A stretch of 45,605 nucleotides of DNA from Catajapyx aquilonaris (Eukaryota): positions 1-45,605 of the forward strand of contig KZ538829.1 in assembly GCA_000934665.2 (NCBI GenBank). The letters are read 5' to 3'. The notes under the pieces are model-generated. The model was not told the origin of the DNA and searched no databases. It was given only the letters and a program-made list of their open reading frames with translations. The translations under genes were made by a program, and so were the position numbers. Below are positions 34,989 to 45,605 of this stretch, piece after piece; the first letter of the stretch is position 1, and the number at the start of each line of letters is the position of its first letter.

Positions 34989-35570
34989 CAGTAAAACTTC
35001 TATAAGTCGAATCTCCATGGGACCGGAAAAAAACTTCTAGTTATAGAAGATTCGAGTTAGGGAAGTTTGGCTTTTTTAAAGCACATAACTCTGTAAGGAA
35101 GCCTACCTTTATATGCAGTGACAAAAGGTGTTCAAAACTTTAAAATAACTGTCACTATCACACTTAGAATATTCCTCGTTGTTTTGGTGTTTAAAAAACT
35201 CCGTTATGGACATTTGCCTACTCTTAGATTCAAGGATTCAATTGTCACAATCAAGTCAAACAGTTCTTTCGGTATGTCTGGTAGACGGAGATCAGGAAAT
35301 TGAGCCTTTCTGTACATGTGGCCTACCCTCGACCCTTCATCTGGGAAACCAGAAAATTTTCTGTACTCGCCAACATGAACTTCGACTTAGGGAGACTGAA
35401 AATGCATTGACATCCCATCGTAAGGCCCTGCCAGCACTTCAAGTTATGGAGAACTTCGAGTTATAGAAATTCGAGTTAGGGAAGTTTATTTCCTATTCTT
35501 TTACATTATGACAACCCAAGCTCATCATTTTCTTCGACTAAGGGAAGTTCGACTTATAGAAGTTTTACTG
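34989..35570. mobile_element. pogo/Tigger-like MITE
   Basis: cagtaaaacttctataagtcgaa / ttcgacttatagaagttttactg TIRs with TTCGAGTTA repeats. Confidence 0.85.
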
Positions 35571-36382
35571 TAATTAGATATTGAAGGAATGCCAGGGGGC
35601 ATGTGTGCCATGGTCTCATATACAGGAGGTAGGAGCAGCAGTGCTAGAGTAAACTCCAAAACAGAGGACTTTCCCGGGCTCTCCCCAAGCTCAAAATTTC
35701 ACCCATACCTTCACCCTCCACTCACAAAAAACTAGCCCTGTTTTCTTTGGACTATTGTAATACCTTACATGGAAGGGTCTCTTTGCCATAATATTTGGGT
35801 GTCAGAGGGTGAAATTGCAGGTTTTCGTGGGTAGAGGGTAGGATTGTCACCAAATTTTCAGGCTTGGGGAAAACCAGGTGTGTCCCTTATGTTGTGGTAC
35901 AGACTGTAAAAGGTTCAATGGAATTGCTTAAAAGCATGTCACATGAGTTCTTGAGGTCAACAATAGGATTTGTCCTTTTTGATATGGAATGATGAATGAC
36001 TATTTGCAAGAGCTTGGTTAATATTTAGTTTAGTTAGATTGTTCGTTTCGAATGGGCCATTAGGGTTAAGATTTCAGACGTGTGCAAAAATCCCATCCTG
36101 AAAATCATTGAAATATACTGTATTGTAAAGACATGTTCTCATGAATAATGCTAGAATAAAGTGCAATAATGCAGTTGTGTCTTGTGTTCCTATAGGCCTA
36201 ATGAGAAGCATTTTAGTTCTATCTCACCAGAGAAAATGCAAGTTATTGAGACACTGATGAAGTTGATTTTTAAACCATGACAGTAAACCACCTGCAATGA
36301 AAATGCATGATATCATATTTGTGAGAACCAGCCTTACATATCACCGGTTTGAAAACAGTTTACTTGCCATTATGTGGAGTAC

Positions 36383-36537
36383 AGCTGCGTTTACATGTGA
36401 GCGATTTGATCAGCGATGTCATCGCTGAGCGAGGAATACAATTGTTTGGTCGAAAATCGATTGTTACAATGATTGTTACTTTTGCCCCAAACAATTGGAT
36501 TCATCGCTGATCAAATTGCTCACATGTAAACGAAGCT
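36383..36537. mobile_element. Harbinger-type hairpin MITE
   Basis: agctgcgtttacatgtgagcgatttgatcagcgatg / catcgctgatcaaattgctcacatgtaaacgaagct. Confidence 0.75.
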
Positions 36538-36539
36538 TT

Positions 36540-37189
36540 AAGAATGCTCACAAATAAGACAGGGAATTTGTAAGACACATTTTTTGCTCCAGCCACAATG
36601 ATTTTTGGTGGAAAAGGTGCAAAATAGTGGGAATAAAAAAGTGAAAGCTAGAACGCCAGAAGAGGACAATCAACTGAGATGTGGTTTCATTTGCAGTTTT
36701 TTGCACTTCAAATAGCTGCAGGAAGGTACCGGAAAGTGAAATAAATTTCTAGCAATTGTAATGAAGGCCACTTTTTGAGACGCATCTTCTTTATGAAAAT
36801 CAATAAGAATTGACAAAGTTGCCCATTGTAATATCCCTGCACACTGCACAGCAAATATTGTGCACTCATTGATTTCATTAAATGCTGTTTAAAGAAGAAA
36901 ATGCACCTCTATCAATTGGGCTTTACCTACCATTGCTATAAAAGCTCGTACAAAAGTTTAGATTACAATACCTGCATATTCCATGTAACTCCTGTGATCC
37001 TGTGACCCTTTGAAGTTCAAAAAAAATTGCAATCACAATATATTGACCCTTGCATCTCAGTTGATTGTCATTCTTTTTCAATTCTAGCTTTCACTTATTT
37101 CAGTCATGCACCTTTACAACTAAACACCTTAGTGTACGGAGCAAAATAGGCATTCTATAGATTCCCTATCTCATATGCTGCCATTCTTT
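36540..37189. mobile_element. Degenerate long-TIR MITE
   Basis: Inverted blocks gtgaaagctagaa / ttctagctttcac and acaatcaactgagatg / catctcagttgattgt. Confidence 0.65.
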
Positions 37190-37771
37190 AATAAGCAAGA
37201 CTGCATTGGTAGTTGTTTTTCTGGATGGGGATGATTGATGTTGTCCTCAAGGGCTCTTATAGAGCATCACAAAATGGTTTGCAGTTGGTGTAGTTATTTG
37301 CAAACCAAGTATGTATGTGTTATTATGATATCGTTATCACCAAGATTTGTTATTGGTTACTCTAATACACATGTGATCTCGAATATACATCTGTTTAGAA
37401 ATGGTTGAGGGAAACGTGTTGAAACTATTGTGCTTAGAGCATAACTTGCCTCATAAGTAAGGAAGAGAATAGTGTCATGGGTGACTATATTTTTTAGAGG
37501 CTACTTGCATTGTTACATTAGGTTTGGTTGCACCTCCTGGAGGAAAATTTTGCATCTGGCAAGGAACCAGAAAGGTTTGTTAGTCATGGTTTACAACATT
37601 GTCAATGACAATTAATAATGAACTTTTCTGGCTCTTTTCCTGAAGACTGTGCAACCAGACCTAAGAACCACATTATGAATCAAGACTTGGTTGCCTAGAA
37701 CTCCATTATATACAACTATAGAAATTTCCACTTCTACTGAACATTCTTGACAATACCAAGTGGTTGAGTTA

Positions 37772-38122
37772 AGGCCCTTTCACATGATGCCACCAGAGGC
37801 CTCCAATGCACATGCGGCATTTATTACGGCCATGCGCTCATGCCCCTGCCTCTCTTGTATAGGCATAATTAGAGCACTGCGCTAAATCATGCCTCCAAGC
37901 TGCTCCAAGCCTAAATTTGGGGTGATGGGGGAGTGATTTGGGCCTGGGGGGGAGTGCCATGGCTCGAAAATTCTGGTGTCGGGAAGTCTGAGCTATCTTG
38001 AACCAGTTCCAACGTGGGGAGCCATGAGGTTGCATTCACTGTGCAGTTCAGATGATGCATCCAGGTTGCACTCTGCCTATCACCAAAATGTGTGCACATG
38101 GTGGCATTGTGTGTAAGTCCCT
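37772..38122. mobile_element. Degenerate Harbinger-like MITE
   Basis: cacatgatgccacc / ggtggcattgtgtg inverted ends. Confidence 0.45.
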
Positions 38123-39293
38123 TTAGCTCATCCAGCTATTGGACTTAAATAAGTGATATAGGGAAACTTACGGCAAATATGTTGGGCCATTAATATCTTG
38201 ATTCATGTGTGGTCCATCCTTTTGTTACATCACATTGTAGTTTAATTGGTGCTTTTAAAATATATTCATTATGATAGTCTTGACTTGTTTGCCCTTGTTA
38301 GTACAAAATGAATCTGGAGTGAAACTTGGCTAATAGCTGTTCTCTCCAAACCAAATTGATCCCATGTACATTCATTTGGTGATACAGAATGAAAGAGAGA
38401 TGTGCATTCAGCCTCACAAGTCAGCCACCACCCACCACCTGATCTGAATTTCAACTCATGCATGATAAGTGATAACTTATGGTGATGACAGGCTTCCAAA
38501 GATGGAAGGTTGTCATTTTATGCACCTGATACAAGGTATACCTTGGAAATTATCATATGCAAAACATGACAACTCTGGGTCTTTGCCAGCTACTTGTCAC
38601 CCTCAGATAAACTTAGCACATTTGGATTCGGGTAGTGAATGGCATTCAGGTAAGATGGTGGATGAGAGCTGACTTGCAAGACTGAATGCAATATAAGTCC
38701 ATTATTTTTCAGTGACAAACTAGAGGGTTTATCAGAAATAGTCATGGACCTGAATTTTTGAAGGTCATTTCCGTGCTACAGGACTATAAGATATTAATAA
38801 GAGAATGCATTTTACCTTTTGGCCAGGTGTAAACTTTTATTATTCATGTTTGTTTGTTTGTTTGTTTTTTGCTTTATTTAGACTTTGTCGGCCTGCAGCA
38901 CATGCTGCTTGGCCGACCCTCCTCCTTCTTTACACATTTACATTTACATTTACCTAATTCCATAATTCCATTTTCACTCGCCCCCTCCCCCTGTCTCTCC
39001 AAAATTGTATCCCTTCTCTTTTTCATCATCCCGTACTTTTATTATTCATGTCTTACAGTAATTGAAATTAGAGGAGGGTTCAGTGTTAGTGGTTAGCAAT
39101 TTTATAGCCCTTTTCTGCTTATTAGTAAGTAGTTACTTTTGAACATTTACTCTTAGGGGTCATAAAAAATATCAGTTGCTTCCATTAATCTGCATCCTTT
39201 TAAAGTGCTGCAGTAGACTCTAGCCTGCTGAAAAAGCTGCCATAGCACTGAAAATAGTTGCTTCTGGTGAAGACAAAAAGATTGTGCTTTGGG

Positions 39294-39525
39294 CATTTCC
39301 ATGCAAACACAGACATACTGTCCATTTGTTACACAGATTTTTCAGACATATACTAGCATATTTTATTGTAACAATACACACACACATTGCATGAAATGGA
39401 TTAGTATGCATAGTTAATACATTTCATGCAATGTGTGTGTGTATGGTTACAATAAAATACGCTAGTACATGTCTGCAAAACCTGTGTAACAAACGGACAG
39501 TATGTCTGTGTTTGCGTGGAAATGA
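39294..39525. repeat. Long near-perfect hairpin (~110-bp arms), probably a MITE
   Basis: catttccatgcaaacacagacatactgtcc... / ...ggacagtatgtctgtgtttgcgtggaaatg. Confidence 0.85.
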
Positions 39526-39777
39526 CAGAGTACCAGACTACTGGAATAAACACATTCTCTTATTGCCAGGTGCAGATGCAATTTTTTTTCAGTAGGATGG
39601 CAGAGATGGTTCAATCTCTGTCCTTGAATGCCAGTAGTTTTAAATGAGCCATTTCCAATGGTGTAATCTCAAATATTTATCTCACTTTAGGGCCTGAAGG
39701 GACATTTCTGCTCAGCCTAAGATCCACAATAATTAACACCTAAGAAGAACTGTGCAGAAGTAAATGCTTAATAATAA

Positions 39778-39875
39778 GGGGTCGAATTTTCATCCCACTG
39801 CTAAGTTAGCAGTACCACTCCTAACACTGGTACTGTAAGCTAGCAGTAACTAGCAGTGGAACGAAAATTCCACCC
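39778..39875. mobile_element. Small hairpin MITE
   Basis: gggtcgaattttcatcccactgcta / tagcagtggaacgaaaattccaccc. Confidence 0.65.
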
Positions 39876-41859
39876 AAGCTTCTTGGTGTCAGGAATTGGA
39901 AGGACTTTCGTAATGGGAGGCCAAATGTGGCAAGGGTAGGGGCACTCTTCACCAACCTACCCCATGACCTAACTTTCCTTCCTGGTGGATACACGCCTAT
40001 CCTTCAGTGGATCCACACCTAGGAGAGTAGGTAAAAATGCAGAGTCTCCTGTCATGAAAGCATAGCCCAAAAATTTTTGCTAACCACTATGGACAATAAT
40101 GTTGGAACACACTGCATATGATTAGCAGTGAGATCTTGGCTATAGTAATGTAGCAACTGTAGATTGGGACAGTCACCTTGAACTCCCTGGTAAAAAGAGT
40201 AAAAGCAATTATTTTTGATCCATGCAGGGACAACTTCCCAAGGGAGGCCACTGACAAATCATTTCAGTTTATAATCACCTGAACTTTTTTCTTGGTCCTG
40301 CATGAAAATTAACAAGGAGGAGAAAGCATCCTCAGAGACCCCCCTCCCGACTTGAGAGTGTTGGAGGTCAGGAATAAAATTCTAGACCTTCACTTAGTTC
40401 AGTGGTGGTATAACCACTAGAGACTAGACCACCAGTGATCTTGTTATCTACTTTTTGCTACTGTAATTTATTCTGGAATAGATCTACTGTAGACAGTCAG
40501 GAACTTAATTCAAGGCAGACTCACATGGACGCAGCATGCCTCATTTGAGAACTGTTGGAGTAGCATACTACAACAGACTTAAAGGGACTGTGGGAATCAG
40601 TATGCTGTAACCAAGGTCTGTTATAGCCGAATACGGTCATATAGGGAAGTATGGCGGGACCAGCCTTTTGAGTCTGCTATAACCCAGAATCTGTTTTATA
40701 TCCAGAATCAACTGTATATTGCATTTCAGAATTCACATGCATTGAATTTAAAATCTGATATTCAGAAACCTCTCGTAACAGTATTATTCACTTAGCTTAT
40801 GAAACTGGTCCACTCTGCATTCTTGGTTTGCAGTAATAGCTTTCACTCTTTTAGTTGGCACTGTCAAGCACCATTTGCACCAAAAAAAAAAAAACTTAGT
40901 GGACCAAGCAAAATGGGTTTACTACAGATTCTCTTAGTTGTTAATATTCTTTTTACCTCATCCCCACTTTGTTATAGGTGTCCTGTTGTCAAGTGTTCCA
41001 CCTTGTACATGGGAAGTCACATTTCATCATGGGAATACTCATTTGCTCAGTTCCTTGTGACTTCATTGCCACAGTTATTAATTCTTATTGTCTTTGACAT
41101 GCTACTGCCATTCTGTAGCTGAGTAAATACCATTAGAATTTGGCTACTGTGTAGACCCCTAGTTTTAAATGGAAAGATAATGTTGGTTTATACATGTTGT
41201 CGCCTTAGCTTCTCATATGGTCATGGAAAGAGTGACAGTACTTTTGTCAGGCACTTATGGAAGAACAGCTAGCTCCTTAGCTGTTTAATGCTTCAGCTCT
41301 GGTGCTCAATGGGTCTTGCTTGCACCTCGAGCTCAATGTGTACAGTACCTTGGCATTGATACCTTGACATGTTGTGAGTATCCTTTTCCTGTGTTGGTAG
41401 GTGTGGTTCTAGTGTATCTGTAGTCAAAGCATTTGTATGACCAGTGAGAAAAGCAGGAAATTAGATTATATTATTGGAGGCTATTTATAACAGTGTTCAA
41501 ATTATTTAATTTTATTGAACTTGTATAGTTTTGTTTTTAAATAATAATTAAAGGATTTGATAGAGTAACATGCAGTCTATTATTTCAGAGACTTATTATT
41601 TCAGAGACAGAGAGTAAGACTTGATAGATCAGCTGAATATTGAGATGGGAGTGATATAATTATAGGGGATTACATGTTGTGAAGTTGACTCGGCCCAGTT
41701 AAAATTCAGTAAAAGCAAGTGTTGAATGTCATTGTCTTGCATTTGTTTCAGATTAGTTTGGCAAAATCAGCGTTTGTTTTGCATTAAGACTTGAATATGG
41801 CTAACTTATGCCATCCCAGACCAATGATCAATTGGTTGCTGCACCACGCTTTCAGGTCT

Positions 41860-42170
41860 CGCAGGGTTTGTTTTGGAATGGTTGTTACAGTGGTTGATTG
41901 GTTGATGGCTGAATCCAGGCATTCTGGCTGACAAAGAAATGAGGGAATAGGAAATGGGACAACTGGAGGTGGGTATGACATTGTAGTAAGTGAATGAGGT
42001 TTTTGGAATGTTGCTGTGGAATGTGGAGAACCCCGAGAAAACTCATGCCACAAAGGAGAGAACCCATAGAAACTATTTCTACCTGAAAAAATCCAAGCCT
42101 ACCCGGGGATCGAATGCTGGACCTCAACAGGTGGTCAGACACTTTAGTCTCACTCTCAACTGGCTCAGCT
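41860..42170 (-). mobile_element. Degenerate tRNA-derived SINE
   Basis: B-box-like attcgatccc on minus, followed by gttttctcggggttctccacattcc. Confidence 0.55.
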
Positions 42171-42370
42171 TCAAAATGGAGGCCCCATCCTTATGAAGCT
42201 GCTTATGGGCCTGAAATATACTGTATATAATTATTTCACTCGCCACATTAGTCCGGTTCCATCACATCTGGGGAAGGTAAGGGGAATGAGACAGAAGTTT
42301 ATTGTAATGAAAAAGGCCGGGATAATTTTTAAAGAAAATATTCGCTGCATATAAAGTAATAAATTCTAGG

Positions 42371-42712
42371 GGGGAGGTGTGGTGGCCGAGATGGTAACGT
42401 CTCGGCTTGCTGAGTGAAAGGCCCCAGGTTCGATCCCCGCCTGGGGAACTTCCTTTCACCTGCGTCGGGAGGGTCTCTGACCTGCACCAAAGGAGGTGTC
42501 TGGCAACCTAACCTCCTGGGGGACTGCCCATGGCCCAAAAGCCATAGGACAATGCACCTGCACAAGTGTCCCCCTCCCCAACAAATCCCTTTCCCTACCC
42601 TATATCCTGAACCAGCCCTTGCACGGAGATTGAAGAAAAAACAGAAAACTGATGGTGGTATGCCACCCCCCTAAACGAGCCGAAGGCTCGAGCACGGGGT
42701 ATCAATAAAAAA
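42371..42712 (+). mobile_element. tRNA-derived SINE, family B
   Basis: A box tggccgagatgg, B box ggttcgatccc, 3' stem-loop GAGCCgaaGGCTC, cacggggta plus A tail; approximate TSD aa(t)tctagg. Confidence 0.85.
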
Positions 42713-44330
42713 AAATCTAGGTAGGTTGCACTTAATACTGTACAGTTTCTTAATGTCGAGGTGATAAGTTGGAATTTCTTTTTGTTTTGTTTAAATGGGA
42801 ACAACGAACAAGACAAAACAACAAATACTATAAGTGGCTATAAGAAACACGGATGGAGGTAGAAGCGAGCAGAGGAAGAAGACAGGTAAGGCGTCATCTC
42901 CGGTCTGTCTCCTACCCCAGGAAAACCCTTTCTTGGATGGCCCTACCAGTCGACGGACTACCGATGGCTTCGCTCTTGAAATTGTGGAAGATTTGCCCCA
43001 TGACGAAGGTGAAGAATAGGATAAGGCACCATGTTATTTGTAACCGTCACTCCATCAGCAAGATCAGGATAATCCAACCTCCCCTTCACCTCTCATGGGG
43101 AGCTTCTTCAGGTCCGGGATACGGGAGCTTTCGTTTCAGTTGGGCTTATTCTTTTCCTATCGAACAACGATACACAAGACTGAACTACGTAAACGCCTCG
43201 GAACGATACATTCTTCGGCCAACGAAGAGAACTTACTTACAAGATGATGAATATTGTTCAGCAAATCGAAATAGCCAAGTGCTCCAGCAGTTATGCTGGG
43301 ACTGTGTGATCATGGGTATGCTAAATAGGAACAGATATAGGAACTCTTCACCTCGTTGGCAGAAGAATGTTGTGAATCCATCAAAGACAATGAATCAGTA
43401 GTGATTTATATGCTTCATTTTGTGTCGGTCTTAACGAGGTGACCAAGTATAACCTGGTCACCACTGGCTACCACTTTATGGGAAGTAAGGCGTGATGACT
43501 GTAATGATAGAATGAATGAATGAATAATGAATTTTGTGACGCTCTTTAAAAGTTCATACCAGCATAGTATGGTATTATGCTACTGTGTACTGGCAGGTGA
43601 CTGGCAAGTTTCGCCCATTTAGTGGAAAGTGACGTGGGAATTTGATTCTCTGAAAAATTACCAAATCCGAAAGGTTATACCGTATGTTATTCGAACACCA
43701 ATACACCATCATGACAGTTTCCTATAAAAGGGGCGTAGTTGTTAGTCAGCGATTGAAAGGACTCAAGTCAAGTAACAAAAGTAGGACTAAACATGACATA
43801 GACCTACTGTGTAAGTAGACGAAATTCTATGAAATAAAACATGATAAATAATCAACGTGACACATTCAAAACAATCAGGTCCAGCATAACACGACACAGT
43901 AGCCTATGCCTATCACCAGAAACTGCCCATGTACTGTATAATTGAAGGGGTCGGTGCAATACTGCCCTAACCCACCAAATGACACAAATTGAGTTTCGCG
44001 CACTTCCATACACTACACTCAAATATCTAATAATGTACACTGAGATTGTCCAGTTTCTGCCATCTGTCGGTGAGAAATCAAACGATGTTTTCCTTGCTGC
44101 GAGGTTATGAATGCCTTTTCTGCAGCAATACCGCCCTATCCCTCCATCTTCAAATATGGCAGCGCGTAGGTTGCAGCTGCGAGCAGCTGTGTCTCACGAG
44201 TCGGGCTTAAATAGTGAGCTTTTGCCTGATGACACCGATGTGGATGAGAGTACCTAAGATTCAGAGTTCGATCCTGATAATGATGATGTGCAAAGTAGTA
44301 ATCAATTGCAGCAAAATAATAATAATAGTT

Positions 44331-45190
44331 GGGTCATTCCATGTCAAGACAGAAAAGTTGGTGGCTCGACCATCTTATAATTTGACATATAAAAATCATT
44401 GAAGTGTTGCCAAAAATAAAGTTAAGAGCCTCCCAGGTGAAAATCCCACGGAGATGTGGCAACGTCTTTCAGAAACAATGGAGACTGATTCGAAGGTCCA
44501 TTTATTTCAGGTGAAGTTATTGTTGTACCCTCATGTTCATATTATATCAAATGAACTGTTGTGAGATGAGGAACATTTTGTGGCAACGTGTTTAACTTAG
44601 ACTGTAAAATAAAAATGCTAAAAAAATTGCATTATTGTGCAAAACGGATGTCATGATCATTACTATACTGTAGGGCAAGATCAAGATCAATCAGACTTGG
44701 ACATAATAAATCATGAAATGTCCGGAAAAGCCCTCTATAGGCTACTCCACGTTATTTGATGTTGCGAGTGAACCATTTATGGTAAGTGAACAGTTCTTAT
44801 ACCGCTATGTTATGCATGAAAAGACGCTTCTGGTAACTTAAACCCAGCCCCACATTGAGAAAAATGACCCCAAAGATGACCAAATTAGTGGAATTTAAAC
44901 AGACATTTCAGAAGTTTTATTTCCAAGACTGCTTGACCCATGGCTTGACCTGTGATGTTGTCCTTCGACAGTATAGTAATGATCAGATGACAATGTATAC
45001 CTACCATATTAATTCCACACGCTTAGCATGTGTTTAGCAATGACATTGGACCATATGAAATGTGTCCGTTTTGAACAAGAATGCAAATTTTTTTAGCATT
45101 TTTATTTGACAATTTAGGTTATACCCGATGCCACCAAAATGTTCCTCATCTCACGACAGTTCATTTGATGTAATTTATATGAACACTAAA
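44331..45190. mobile_element. Long-TIR DNA transposon remnant with GGGTCATTCC terminus (right end truncated)
   Basis: Same terminus as 1244; inverted arms ~44540-44650 / ~45065-45170. Confidence 0.65.
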
Positions 45191-45348
45191 CTAATTTGTG
45201 ATGCTTGTGATACGTTCTTGACCAAAATTTAGTTCGCATTACAAGTTGGGTGCAATACTGCCCTAACCGTTTTTTTCACACATGGCCACCTTATTTTGTT
45301 CATTCTTAGAGCGGGTGGTGCATCATCATCATCATAATAGCACGTAAA

Positions 45349-45374
45349 GAGCTCTATCACGGGGTAACCAAAAA

Positions 45375-45447
<73 letters not shown>
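45349..45447 (+). mobile_element. Extremely 5'-truncated retroposon with (TAA)n tail
   Basis: gagctctatcacggggtaacc + A run + (TAA)n, flanked by 15-bp TSD ataatagcacgtaaa. Confidence 0.8.
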
Positions 45448-45453
<6 letters not shown>

Positions 45454-45570
45454 GCACGTAAATGTTCCTTATTAGTGACTTGTATATTGGGGTAGAAATG
45501 AAAATTGTCAGTAGTGGTAATATGCGGGTTTAGACTGGGAAAATAGCTATAGCACGCTTATCTAATCAGT

Positions 45571-45603
45571 TGACCTTTGCCCTTATCACTTGACCTTTGC
45601 CCC
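45571..45603 (-). promoter_or_regulatory. Two tandem DR1 nuclear-receptor motifs
   Basis: On minus: AGGGCAaAGGTCA (45571-45583) and GGGGCAaAGGTCA (45591-45603). Confidence 0.4.
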
Positions 45604-45605
45604 CA

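Noticed and set aside
39900..40560. Possible old LINE 5' fragment (similarly ~4020-4130)
   Set aside because: Too degenerate to support by eye.

Overview
Animal genomic DNA, most likely an arthropod: spliceosomal GT-AG introns, a DIPP N-terminus closely resembling Drosophila Aps, tRNA-derived SINEs, many MITEs and a CpG-poor background. The central feature is a head-to-head pair of opposing inositol pyrophosphate enzymes. A 4-exon Nudix diphosphoinositol polyphosphate phosphohydrolase (DIPP/NUDT3/Aps-like, minus strand, 22165->15334, 153 aa) and a 5-exon inositol hexakisphosphate kinase (IP6K, plus strand, ~23067->30077, ~425 aa) have start codons about 0.9 kb apart. Between them is a CpG-rich candidate bidirectional promoter (GC boxes, CCAAT, YY1, CRE, Inr). 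DIPP intron 1 holds two tandem IR1 (ecdysone-response-element-type) sites. The last three exons of an unidentified plus-strand gene lie at 1428-2624. The rest is mostly degenerate DNA transposons (mariner, Tc1/IS630-like, hAT, piggyBac-, Harbinger- and pogo-type MITEs), SINEs sharing a common 3' tail, palindromes and microsatellites. All calls come from reading the sequence by eye; no database search was run.
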